A stretch of DNA of 64,000 bases from Dehalococcoidia bacterium (GCA_965207225.1 CBDBLV010000002.1:256001-320000); one strand, 5' to 3'; shown: positions 20,239 through 31,565, counted from the first letter of the stretch. Made by a program: numbers and translations. Notes: generated by a model not told the origin, from the sequence alone.

Positions 20239-20283
20239 GGGCTTTCGGGCGCGGTTTTGTCGGGAATACCCCCCAACCCCCCA

Positions 20284-20555
20284 GGGAACCCTCTCCCTCT
20301 TTATCCCCCTCTCCCCCGTATCGGGGTACGGGGCAGGCTCTTAGGGCCTATAAGGGAGAGGGGGAGAAAAAACAGAGGCATGCACCTGCGCCTCTGCGCA
20401 GGTGCATGCCTCTAGTTTAGTACTGGAAAGAGGGGAGAAGACCATCCTCACCACCTGCTCCCCCATACCTTAGGGCCATTGAAGGAGAAGGGGAGAGAAG
20501 CGTAGAGGCATAGGCATGTGCGTTGCACCCACGTCTGCCTCTAGTTCAGCACTGG
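20284..20555. repeat. REP-like two-hairpin units B and C
   Basis: Same architecture as unit A. B has a perfect 18-bp stem at 20374-20413 and a 25-nt insert in hairpin 1; C is degenerate (stem 20504-20542). Confidence 0.8.
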
Positions 20556-20782
20556 GGGGAGGGGGGTTGTGATACGAATAGGACTACAGGAGCTCAGCAA
20601 TCGGGGGAGATGATTGAATATTTTAAGGGGTTGGGAGCCGTATGACTTCAGGGAGACCACGCATCGGAGTGATCCGAGGGCAGATCCGGCACTCCTGCGT
20701 GAATAGTCCGGTCTCCCTTGCAATCACAATCGCAATCCCCCTACAATGCCTCAATCCCACGAAGCTAACGCCCCCCTCTGCC

Positions 20783-20811
20783 TTTACACTCTACAAGGCG
20801 TTAAATATAAT
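20783..20811 (+). promoter_or_regulatory. Sigma70 promoter of rpsA
   Basis: TTTACA-N17-TATAAT. Confidence 0.7.
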
Positions 20812-20824
20812 TGAATTCAGGCTT

Positions 20825-22027
20825 ATGAACGATTCTGAAGGACAGCACACCCAGCCCGAGGACACATCTTCCTACGGAATGCAGGAACTCCTGGACGAGG
20901 CTGAGAACGTCGCCACCATAAGAAGAGGCGATATAGTAAAGGGTGTAGTAGTCCAGAAGGACCGTGAAGGCCTTCTGGTCGATATAGGGGCCAAGACCGA
21001 GGGTGTAGTCCCGGCCCGAGAGATGCGCACCTTCTCTGCAGAAGAAGCCGAGGCCCTCAGCCTTGGGGACGAAGTTCTTGTCTACGTAGTCCAGACCGAC
21101 GAGAGCGAAGGCCAGATATACCTGTCGGTTGACCGGGCCCAGGGAGAGAAGGGCTGGCACGTACTCCAGGGCAACTTCGAAAACGGAGACGTAATTGAGG
21201 GTGAGGCGGTCGACTACAATAAAGGCGGCCTCCTGGTCAACGTAGAGGGAATCAGGGGTTTCGTACCCATGTCCCAGCTGGCCACCCCCGTGGCGTTCGA
21301 CCCTTCCGCCGACCCCAGCCGTAGCCCCCTCGCTGACCTCATCGGCAACCACCTCAAGTTGAAGGTAATCGAAATCAATCGGCGGCGGAACCGGCTGATC
21401 CTCTCCGAAAAGCAGGTGATGCGCCAGCAGAGGGAACAGCTGCGCCAAAGCCTGTTCGCCGAGTTAGACACGGGCCAGGTCCGAAAGGGGCGCGTCACCG
21501 GGATCCGGGAGTTCGGGGCCTTCGTTGACATTGGCGGGGTTGACGGACTGGTGCATCTATCCGAATTTTCCTGGGGCCAGGTGGAACCCCCGGAGAAGAC
21601 CCTATCAATCGGGGATGAGGTAGATGTCTACGTATTGAGAGTGGACCGGGAAAACATGAAGGTAGCTCTCAGCTTCCGGCGCCTCCACCCCGAGCCCTGG
21701 GAGTCGATTCACGAGAAGTACCACGTCGGACAGACCGTCACGGCCACAGTGACAAAGGTCACGACTTTCGGCGCGTTTGCCCGCCTGGACCCGGCCATCG
21801 AGGGCCTGGTCCACATCTCGGAACTGAGCGATGGCCCGGTCCGCCACCCCTCGGACGTGGTCTCCGAGGGGCAGGAATTAACCCTGAAGATCCTGAGAAT
21901 AGAACCCGAAAGAAGGCGTCTTGCCCTGAGCCTGAAGCAGGCCGGTTCCTACGGATTTGCCGAGCGATACAGGGATGAGTTCTACGGCGGCGCCGAATAT
22001 GGAGACGGAGACGGGGACTACCAATAG
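20825..22027 (+). CDS. rpsA: 30S ribosomal protein S1 (four S1 domains)
   Basis: LVDIGAKTEG, GIRGFVPMS, FGAFVDIGGVDGLVHLSE, IEGLVHISE. Confidence 0.93.
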   Translation: MNDSEGQHTQPEDTSSYGMQELLDEAENVATIRRGDIVKGVVVQKDREGLLVDIGAKTEGVVPAREMRTFSAEEAEALSLGDEVLVYVVQTDESEGQIYLSVDRAQGEKGWHVLQGNFENGDVIEGEAVDYNKGGLLVNVEGIRGFVPMSQLATPVAFDPSADPSRSPLADLIGNHLKLKVIEINRRRNRLILSEKQVMRQQREQLRQSLFAELDTGQVRKGRVTGIREFGAFVDIGGVDGLVHLSEFSWGQVEPPEKTLSIGDEVDVYVLRVDRENMKVALSFRRLHPEPWESIHEKYHVGQTVTATVTKVTTFGAFARLDPAIEGLVHISELSDGPVRHPSDVVSEGQELTLKILRIEPERRRLALSLKQAGSYGFAERYRDEFYGGAEYGDGDGDYQ

Positions 22028-22086
22028 CACAGTGGGCAACGCCCATTGACCGGACGGGCCCGTTGCCGTCCTCCTGGGAGCAGCAC

Positions 22087-24546
<2,460 letters not shown>

Positions 24547-24575
24547 CCCTCGACTCTCGGCTAAACTGAAGAGAC

Positions 24576-24610
24576 GAAGGGAAGCCCCGTCGGGGGCTTC
24601 CCTTCTTTCA
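24576..24610 (+). terminator. Rho-independent terminator after clpC
   Basis: GAAGGGAAGCCCC-GTCG-GGGGCTTCCCTTC-TTT. Confidence 0.75.
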
Positions 24611-24645
24611 TTGATACCGGAAACAGACAAAGATCGACTAAGCCG

Positions 24646-26028
24646 ATGCCCAAGACCCAGTCGAAGACCATCTACGTCTGCAACGAATGCGGCGCAACCA
24701 CGCCTCGCTGGGAGGGTCGATGCTCCCGCTGCGGCACGTGGAACAGCCTTACCCAGACCGTCCAGCGGGCCTCGCGGCCCGGGACTTCCGGACCAACCAG
24801 TTTCTCCCGCACCCCGGTGGAGCTTTCATCCGTTACCACGTCTACCGATCCCCGCATCCCCCTCTCCTCCCCAGAATTCTCCCGGGTCCTGGGAGGCGGC
24901 ATAGTACCCGGCTCCCTGGTCCTCCTTGGCGGGGAGCCGGGCATCGGAAAGTCCACCCTATTGCTCCAGACCGCCGCCGATCTCTCGGGCCCCGACTCCT
25001 GCGTCCTCTATGTTTCCGGCGAGGAGTCCGAGCAGCAAGTAAGGATGCGGGCTTCCAGGCTCGGGATTGGGGGTTCTAACCTCTTCGTCCATGCCGCCAA
25101 CGACTTGAACGCCGCCCTGCAGTCCATGGACGAGATCTCTCCCGCCCTTGTGATAGTCGACTCTATACAGACCGTCTTCTTCAGCGAGATCGGGAGCTCA
25201 CCGGGGAGCCTCGCCCAGGTCAGGGAGGCCACGTGGAGGCTCCTGGAATGGAGCAAGTTCTCGGGGGTACCGGTTATGGTCTCGGGCCACGTTACCAAGG
25301 AGGGGGCCATAGCCGGGCCCCGGATGCTCGAGCACATCGTCGACGTTGTGCTCTACCTGGAAGGCGACACCTACAGCCCCTACCGACTCCTCCGCGGCGA
25401 GAAAAACCGCTTCGGCTCCACCAACGAGACAGGCATCTTCGAAATGACCGAAAAGGGCCTTATTGACGTCCCGGACCCATCCCGGGCCCTTCTATCCGAA
25501 CGACGCTCCGGCGAAGTCGGCTCCATCATCGTCCCCGTCATGGAAGGCACCCGACCCATCCTCGTCGAGGTCCAGGCGCTCACCAGCATGACGCCCTTCA
25601 ACCTTCCCAGGAGGACAGCCAACGGCATAGATTTGAACCGCCTGCTCCTCATAACCGCCGTATTGAGCAAGCGGATGGGCGCCCGACTCTCCAACCAGGA
25701 CGTACTGGTTAATGTCATTGGCGGGCTTCGTATCCGGGAGCCGTCCGCCGACCTCGCCGTCGCCCTGGCCATCCTTTCCAGCCTGAAGGACAGGCCCGTG
25801 CTTGACGGACTAGTCGCGGTGGGGGAGGTGGGGTTGGGAGGGGAGGTCCGATCTGCCCGCCACCTCGCCCGCCGCCTCCAGGAAGCTGCTCACCTCGGAT
25901 TGGATACGGGTATAATACCCGTGACCACGCCCAAGGATTTCGTCAGCCCGGCCAACATGACCGTTACCAGAGTGTCCAACCTCTCAGAAGCGGTGAAGGC
26001 CGCTCTTGGACCAAAATATTCCAGGTGA
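24646..26028 (+). CDS. radA: DNA repair protein RadA/Sms
   Basis: C4 zinc finger, GEPGIGKSTLL, KNRFG motif. Confidence 0.97.
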   Translation: MPKTQSKTIYVCNECGATTPRWEGRCSRCGTWNSLTQTVQRASRPGTSGPTSFSRTPVELSSVTTSTDPRIPLSSPEFSRVLGGGIVPGSLVLLGGEPGIGKSTLLLQTAADLSGPDSCVLYVSGEESEQQVRMRASRLGIGGSNLFVHAANDLNAALQSMDEISPALVIVDSIQTVFFSEIGSSPGSLAQVREATWRLLEWSKFSGVPVMVSGHVTKEGAIAGPRMLEHIVDVVLYLEGDTYSPYRLLRGEKNRFGSTNETGIFEMTEKGLIDVPDPSRALLSERRSGEVGSIIVPVMEGTRPILVEVQALTSMTPFNLPRRTANGIDLNRLLLITAVLSKRMGARLSNQDVLVNVIGGLRIREPSADLAVALAILSSLKDRPVLDGLVAVGEVGLGGEVRSARHLARRLQEAAHLGLDTGIIPVTTPKDFVSPANMTVTRVSNLSEAVKAALGPKYSR

Positions 26029-26897
26029 TGACTATCCAACCAGACACCGCGAACAAATCGGGCCACCTCCGTGAAATACTCAAGGAGATGGGGTCGGTTG
26101 TCGTTGCCTATTCCGGCGGTGTGGACAGCGCGTTCCTCGCCGTGGAGGCCCATGCGGCCCTCGGGGACAGGGCTCTTGCCGTCACCGCCGATTCCCCCAG
26201 CATCCCACGGTCCGAGCTGAGCGCCGCTCAGTCCCTGGCCCGGCAGTTCAACTTTCGCCACCGGGTTATCGACACCTTCGAGACCCGCGACCCCCGGTAC
26301 CAGGAAAACAGCCCGCAACGCTGTTTCTTCTGCAAAGGTGAGCTCTATTCCCGGCTCCTACCGATCGCAGAGCAAGAAGGGTATGAATGGGTTGCCAACG
26401 GCACCAACGCCGACGATCTCGGTGACTTCCGGCCCGGCCTGGACGCAGCACGACGATCCAACGTCCGAAGCCCCCTCTGCGAGGCAGATCTGACCAAGAG
26501 CGAGATCCGGGAACTCTCCAGGGAGTTGGGCCTGCCCACCTGGGACAAACCGGCCATGGCCTGTCTCGCATCACGGGTACCATACGGAGACAAGGTGACC
26601 GTGGAGGTATTGCACCAGATAGAGGCCGCTGAAGATTATCTTAGGGGGCTGGGGATTCGAGACCTCAGGGTCCGCCACCATGACCGCATCGCACGGATTG
26701 AGGTTGATGAGCAGGGCATAGCCCTGTTGGCCCGGCCGGAAGTGCGCAGCGAGCTTGTCGGGCACTTTCGCTCCCTCGGTTATACCTATGTAACGCTGGA
26801 CCTGGCCGGGTTCCGCTCGGGCAGCCTCAACGAGGTCCTGCAACTCTCCCGAAAGCCGGCAAAGGCCGCCTCCTCTCCGGTCGAGAACAAGGGGTAG
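26025..26897 (+). CDS. larE: LarE family ATP-dependent sulfur transferase
   Basis: PP-loop AYSGGVDS, RCFFCK, DFRPG, ACLASR, GFRSGSLN. Confidence 0.9.
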   Translation: MMTIQPDTANKSGHLREILKEMGSVVVAYSGGVDSAFLAVEAHAALGDRALAVTADSPSIPRSELSAAQSLARQFNFRHRVIDTFETRDPRYQENSPQRCFFCKGELYSRLLPIAEQEGYEWVANGTNADDLGDFRPGLDAARRSNVRSPLCEADLTKSEIRELSRELGLPTWDKPAMACLASRVPYGDKVTVEVLHQIEAAEDYLRGLGIRDLRVRHHDRIARIEVDEQGIALLARPEVRSELVGHFRSLGYTYVTLDLAGFRSGSLNEVLQLSRKPAKAASSPVENKG

Positions 26898-26929
26898 TCC
26901 ACTCCCTTATCCGCCCCTTCTCACCCGCC

Positions 26930-27706
26930 ATGAGCTATCTGTTTGGGGACTCCGCCACGGCCCAGTCGAGGCTCGACCTCCTTGCCCGCACCTTCGAACC
27001 CCCCACCCGGGAATTCCTTTCGACGTTCAACCCAAAAGGCACAGACCTCGCCATAGATCTCGGGTGCGGGCCCGGACACACAACCCGACTTATAGCCGAA
27101 ACCTTGCCCTTCAAAAGAGTGGTAGGCCTGGACAAGTCATCGAGTTTTATTGAAGCCGCTTCCCAATCCCGTTCCACCGATGTCTCTTTCCAACAACACG
27201 ACGTGACGTTGGTCCCCTTCCCCCTCCCACCCGCCGACCTCATCTTCTGCCGTTTCCTGGTCACCCACCTCCCCACACCCGGCCAGGCACTCGCCCGGTG
27301 GGCGTCCCAGCTCTCGAATTACGGTGCGATCCTGCTGGAAGAGGTACACTGGATTCACCCCCGGAACTCCGTGCTGGAATCATATCTATCTGCCTTGGAC
27401 CGTGTCATGGACGCCACGGGCGTAGCCCTCTACACCGGCGCCCGGCTCCCCGATCTTATTAAGAGCACTCCCCTGAAGATCACTGCCGACAATACCTGCC
27501 ACCTTGCCGTGAGCAACCGGGATGCGGCTGCAATGTTCTCCATGAACATCCGCTCCTGGGGCATGAGCCACCCGGCCCTTTCCTTGTACGGCTCCTGCTT
27601 CCTACGCTCCCTCCACCACGACCTGGAAGTAATGGCAGCCGATTCCCCAGGCGCTCTATCCGAAATAGAATGGGGCATGAGGCAGATGGTACTGGAGCCC
27701 GGATGA
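26930..27706 (+). CDS. Class I SAM-dependent methyltransferase
   Basis: IDLGCGPGHTT motif I, VVGLD, DLIFCRF. Confidence 0.85.
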   Translation: MSYLFGDSATAQSRLDLLARTFEPPTREFLSTFNPKGTDLAIDLGCGPGHTTRLIAETLPFKRVVGLDKSSSFIEAASQSRSTDVSFQQHDVTLVPFPLPPADLIFCRFLVTHLPTPGQALARWASQLSNYGAILLEEVHWIHPRNSVLESYLSALDRVMDATGVALYTGARLPDLIKSTPLKITADNTCHLAVSNRDAAAMFSMNIRSWGMSHPALSLYGSCFLRSLHHDLEVMAADSPGALSEIEWGMRQMVLEPG

Positions 27707-28896
27707 AGGCAGCCTACTTCAACTGCATAGGGGGCGTCAGCGGCGACATGGTGCTCGGCGCGCTGGTGGATGCCGGAGTCTCCATCGACTCCCTCCGAGA
27801 CGAACTCTCCAAACTATCCCTCCATTGCTACGAGATCGCCTCCTCCCCCGACACACGCGCCGCCATCTCCGGCACCCGGGTCACCGTCACCACGGGAGTC
27901 GATCCTCAGCCTCGCCGCAGCCTGACCGACATTCTTTCCCTTATAGATGGGAGCGGCCTGCCGACTCCCGTGCAAAAGAACGCCAGCGATATCTTCAACC
28001 GGCTGGCACAGGCCGAGTCTCGCGTCCACGGAGTCCCCGCTGACCAGGTCCATTTCCACGAAGTTGGCGCGGTAGATGCAATCGTGGACATAGTGGGGGC
28101 TGCTTGCGGGCTTCACCTGCTGGGTGTGGAAAGGGTCTACTGCTCCGCGATTCCCCCTGGCAGCGGAACGGTGAAGTCGGAGCATGGCAGGCTCCCAGTC
28201 CCCGCCCCCGCCACCTTAGAGCTCATGGCTCTCGCCGGCGCCCCCTTCGCCGCCGCCTCCCCCCACGCCCCTGCCACGGAGCTTTCCACACCTACGGGCG
28301 TCTCCATCATGACCACCCTTGCCGAGTTCACGCAACCGGAGCTGCGAGTCCATTCAACCGGCCACGGAATCGGACAGAAGGACATGGGAGAGTATCCCAA
28401 CGTGCTCGGCCTGTGGATCGGTGAAATCCAGTCCTCCTTCGCCGTCCGACCCCTCGTTGTCATCGAGACCAACATCGACGACATGAATCCCGAAATCTAC
28501 CCCTACCTGATGGACCGTCTCTTCGAGCTCGGGGCCCGGGACGCCTGGCTCAGGCCAATCCTGATGAAAAAGGGCCGGCCCGCTCACACGCTCAGCGTTC
28601 TCGCTAACCCGGAGGACCAACAGGCGATAGTGGACAAACTCATAGAAGAGACTTCCACCCTTGGGGTCAGGGTCTCGCAGGTCATGCGCCACGAGGCCCA
28701 GCGTCGGGTCGAAGAAGTGGAAACCAGCCTCGGGCCCGTGAGGGTGAAGCTGAAGCTCCGGGACGGCAGTCCCGTCTCCCTTGCCCCCGAATACGAAGAC
28801 TGCGCTGCGATTGCGTCCAGGTCGGGGCTTCCTCTGAGGGACGTTTACCGCGTTGTGACGGAAGAGGCTTCCCGACGCCTCATTTCGCCCTCATAA
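27703..28896 (+). CDS. larC: Nickel-pincer cofactor nickel insertase LarC
   Basis: GVSGDM, VHFHEVGAVDAIVD, PVPAPAT, ETNIDD, MKKGRP, PEYEDC; ATGA overlap with the methyltransferase. Confidence 0.92.
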   Translation: MKAAYFNCIGGVSGDMVLGALVDAGVSIDSLRDELSKLSLHCYEIASSPDTRAAISGTRVTVTTGVDPQPRRSLTDILSLIDGSGLPTPVQKNASDIFNRLAQAESRVHGVPADQVHFHEVGAVDAIVDIVGAACGLHLLGVERVYCSAIPPGSGTVKSEHGRLPVPAPATLELMALAGAPFAAASPHAPATELSTPTGVSIMTTLAEFTQPELRVHSTGHGIGQKDMGEYPNVLGLWIGEIQSSFAVRPLVVIETNIDDMNPEIYPYLMDRLFELGARDAWLRPILMKKGRPAHTLSVLANPEDQQAIVDKLIEETSTLGVRVSQVMRHEAQRRVEEVETSLGPVRVKLKLRDGSPVSLAPEYEDCAAIASRSGLPLRDVYRVVTEEASRRLISPS

Positions 28897-28991
28897 AGCA
28901 TCCCCGGTTCCTGGCGATAAACCCGTAAACCCTGACTCCCAGGAACCGCGCCCCGGGCAGCCAGAGAAGCGGTGCAACCGGCATGAGGGGA
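28880..28991 (-). pseudogene. 3' fragment of DCC1/DUF393 thiol-disulfide oxidoreductase, split by IS
   Basis: Reads PLMPVAPLLWLPGARFLGVRVYGFIARNRGCFMRAK-stop, in frame with the 5' fragment once the IS and one TSD copy are removed. Confidence 0.85.
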
Positions 28992-30879
28992 CCCAAATCC
29001 ACCGCCTAAAGGTAGGAATCTGATTTTCTGACCTTTCGGTTGGGCCGGTGGGGGCGTCGATTGGCTACTGACAGGGTTAGCAGTGGTTTGGCGGGGCCGA
29101 TGGTGGACGTATGAGGGTCTTGGGGTGCTGCTTTACGATGTTTTGCGTCGATTTTGAGCCGTTTGGCCTCGTAGGAGGACGCAGCGTCCCTACGACGGTT
29201 ATCCACGTCGCTTGACCGATAGGCTGTGGCGCGGACCGTCTCAGATTCAGGGAGGGCCGTGAGCCAGCGCCGCTATTCTCCGGTGTGCCCCGACCAGCAG
29301 CGGGAACGATGGATGACCTCGCGCCAGTCGGATCAGCAGCTTCCTGGCATGGTAGACCACTCGACCGGCAAGGTCGATCAGAGCGAAGCGCACCGCCTTG
29401 AGCCGCTTGGTCACCCACTCATCACCCAGCGCCAACTGCTTGACCGCCGAGTTCAGGTTGAACGCCAGCACCGTTATCGCCCACCACGCTGCGTTGGCTC
29501 CGAACTGTCCCGACGGCAGTCTCCCGCCCGCCAGGTCCTCCTTCAGCACACTATGGACCTCCTCGCCTTTCCCGCATCTCTCACGGTACCACCGCACAAC
29601 CTCGTCTCCCGGAAGCTCCCGGTTCGTCACTATCCCGCTGATCTTGTACCAGCCGTGGTTCGGCATCTGCATGACCGGAACCGACAGCTCAAACTCACTC
29701 TCCATGCCCGGTAGCGGCGGTCGCCTCAGAGGTTCTCTGACGGCTATGAAACGGTAGGCGGGACCCTCCTTGTAGCGACCTAATCGACTGGACATGAAGC
29801 CCACCTCGGCCCACTCCTGCCCCGTCTCCACCTCGAACTCCCCCATCATCCGGGGCAACTGACGCCACTCGCTCTCTTCCACCAGCGCCGCCTCATGCTT
29901 GAACTCGTCCGTGACGCGTACCCCAATCGCGAACTCGATCACTCCGAACCGTTCGTCTCTCCCCTCGGCGCAGTACTCCAGAAGATCGTTCTGGTAGCCT
30001 GCCGTGTCGGACCGCAGCATCACCCGCTCCACTCCCTCGGGTACGCACTCCAACGCGTCTCGCAACACTCGTAGCTGCTCAAATCCCGCAGGAACGTTGC
30101 CGTCTCTGAACTCCGAGTGGACGACCAGGTCCGCCTCGGCCCAGTATGTCGTTAGCGGCTGATAGGCTTTGAATCCCTTGTAGCAGTAGAGCGCCTCCTG
30201 CTTGTGAGTCTCGACCAGCGTCGCGTCCATATCCAGTGTCGCCTGCCTATGCCCGACGTGGCCCTGGACAAAGCCCACCATCTCGGCGTTGACCTTCCCA
30301 AGTCCGTCCAGCGCGTCGTTGGCCTGGGGTATGAACGCCGTATGAGGCTGCCTCGCCTCCTCCTGGGATGCGTCGTGGAACTGGCTCAGATACCGGAACA
30401 CCGCCGATGGAGACGGCACATAGCGGTGTCGGTCACGCCGCCACCGGTTGCGCACCGCCCTGCGCTCCGAAGCTCGCTGCCGGTGGGTCTCCACCCTTCC
30501 CAACATCCGGCCAAGGCCCTCGTCCGCCTCCAGCACGCGAAGGTCGTCCACCCCTTCGCCGCCCGCCAGGTTCAACAGCGTCAGTGAGGTGACCATCTGA
30601 CGGTCCGTCCAACCCTGGCCTCCCTCTCTGACCCTCACGTGGCGTCTGATCGACTCGCCAAGGCCGATTGCCTCGGCCATCTCCAGGTAGACTGCCAACC
30701 CCGATAGCGCCGTCATGCCCCCGATGCGGTTCTCTGCCCTGTACTGGAACGGTAGGACTCCATGTTGCATAATAACTGCACCTCGTTGGTGATGGTTTGG
30801 GATTGTCACTTACCATCTTAGTCAGCTTTGCAGCCGACTCCAACGAGGTATTCTCATTCAATTAGGCGGTGGATTTGGG
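28992..30879 (-). mobile_element. IS1380-family insertion sequence
   Basis: Perfect 18-bp TIRs CCCAAATCCACCGCCTAA (28992-29009 and 30862-30879); 5-bp TSD GGGGA (28987-28991 and 30880-30884). Confidence 0.92.
29247..30770 (-). CDS. IS1380-family DDE transposase
   Basis: TLDMDATL, FRDGNVPA, LRSDTAG, YRERCGKGEEVH, FGANAAW; GAGGTG SD. Confidence 0.88.
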   Translation of the reverse strand: MQHGVLPFQYRAENRIGGMTALSGLAVYLEMAEAIGLGESIRRHVRVREGGQGWTDRQMVTSLTLLNLAGGEGVDDLRVLEADEGLGRMLGRVETHRQRASERRAVRNRWRRDRHRYVPSPSAVFRYLSQFHDASQEEARQPHTAFIPQANDALDGLGKVNAEMVGFVQGHVGHRQATLDMDATLVETHKQEALYCYKGFKAYQPLTTYWAEADLVVHSEFRDGNVPAGFEQLRVLRDALECVPEGVERVMLRSDTAGYQNDLLEYCAEGRDERFGVIEFAIGVRVTDEFKHEAALVEESEWRQLPRMMGEFEVETGQEWAEVGFMSSRLGRYKEGPAYRFIAVREPLRRPPLPGMESEFELSVPVMQMPNHGWYKISGIVTNRELPGDEVVRWYRERCGKGEEVHSVLKEDLAGGRLPSGQFGANAAWWAITVLAFNLNSAVKQLALGDEWVTKRLKAVRFALIDLAGRVVYHARKLLIRLARGHPSFPLLVGAHRRIAALAHGPP

Positions 30880-31126
30880 GGGGAGGCAGCAGCAACGACA
30901 ACCGCCTCACCGCAAAGAAACCACCGTGCAATCGACCCTCCTCTTCCTGCAGGTACATCGCCGCGTCAAGGTCCCGAGGTGTAAGTCCGTCGGGCAGAGC
31001 TTCCAGCTCTTGCCACGGTACCCATTGCACCCGACCCAGCCAGTCCGCCCTGGACATCCACTTCACCGCTCCCCTGCACAAAGGGCAGTTGCCGTCGTAC
31101 AGCACCGTGGCCCGAGGCCCAGTCAT
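30880..31126 (-). pseudogene. 5' fragment of DCC1/DUF393 thiol-disulfide oxidoreductase
   Basis: MTGPRATVLYDGNCPLC (DxxCxxC motif), interrupted at the IS TIR. Confidence 0.88.
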
Positions 31127-31155
31127 ATTTCCTTTGCCCAAGACACCCCCCAGCC

Positions 31156-31185
31156 TTGACTTTTCGTACGGCAATTTCCTATACT
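31156..31185 (+). promoter_or_regulatory. Sigma70 promoter of the tRNA-tuf operon
   Basis: TTGACT-N18-TATACT. Confidence 0.65.
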
Positions 31186-31335
31186 GAATCCACGACTTTA
31201 GGGATTCTCTTATCGTACCTTCTGCGGGCCCCTCGTAGGAGGTACTTTCGAGTCTGGGACATTGTATATCGGGCGCTCTGTCCTTAAAGGAGCGCCCAGG
31301 TAAATGGAGCAGGGAGGCAAGACCCGTATCCTTCT

Positions 31336-31411
31336 GCCCGAGTGGCGCAATGGCAGCGCAGCCGATTTGTAATCGGCAGGTTGGCGGGTTCGAATCCCCT
31401 CTCGGGCTCCA
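31336..31411 (+). tRNA. tRNA-Thr(TGT)
   Basis: Acceptor GCCCGAG/CTCGGGC, anticodon arm GCCGA-TTTGTAA-TCGGC, TTCGAAT, encoded CCA. Confidence 0.93.
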
Positions 31412-31479
31412 GCTAACCAACCCGGTGCTCGGAATCAATCATTCATTAATTTATCACCACACAGTTCGAAGGGACTTTT

Positions 31480-31565
31480 GGAGGGGTGGGTGAGTGGTTA
31501 AAACCGGCGGTCTGTAAAATCGCTGCCGAAAGGCTACGCAGGTTCGAATCCTGCCCCCTCCACCA
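31480..31565 (+). tRNA. tRNA-Tyr(GTA)
   Basis: Acceptor GGAGGGG/CCCCTCC, loop CTGTAAA, long variable arm, encoded CCA. Confidence 0.96.

Noticed and set aside
19336-20555. CRISPR array
   Set aside because: Units are long, irregularly spaced and divergent, the variable parts are self-complementary rather than spacer-like, and no cas genes are present
30854-31438. 194-aa ORF as one gene
   Set aside because: The 5' part is antisense to tRNA-Thr and its promoter, and the 3' end reads into the IS; only 30880-31126 is real
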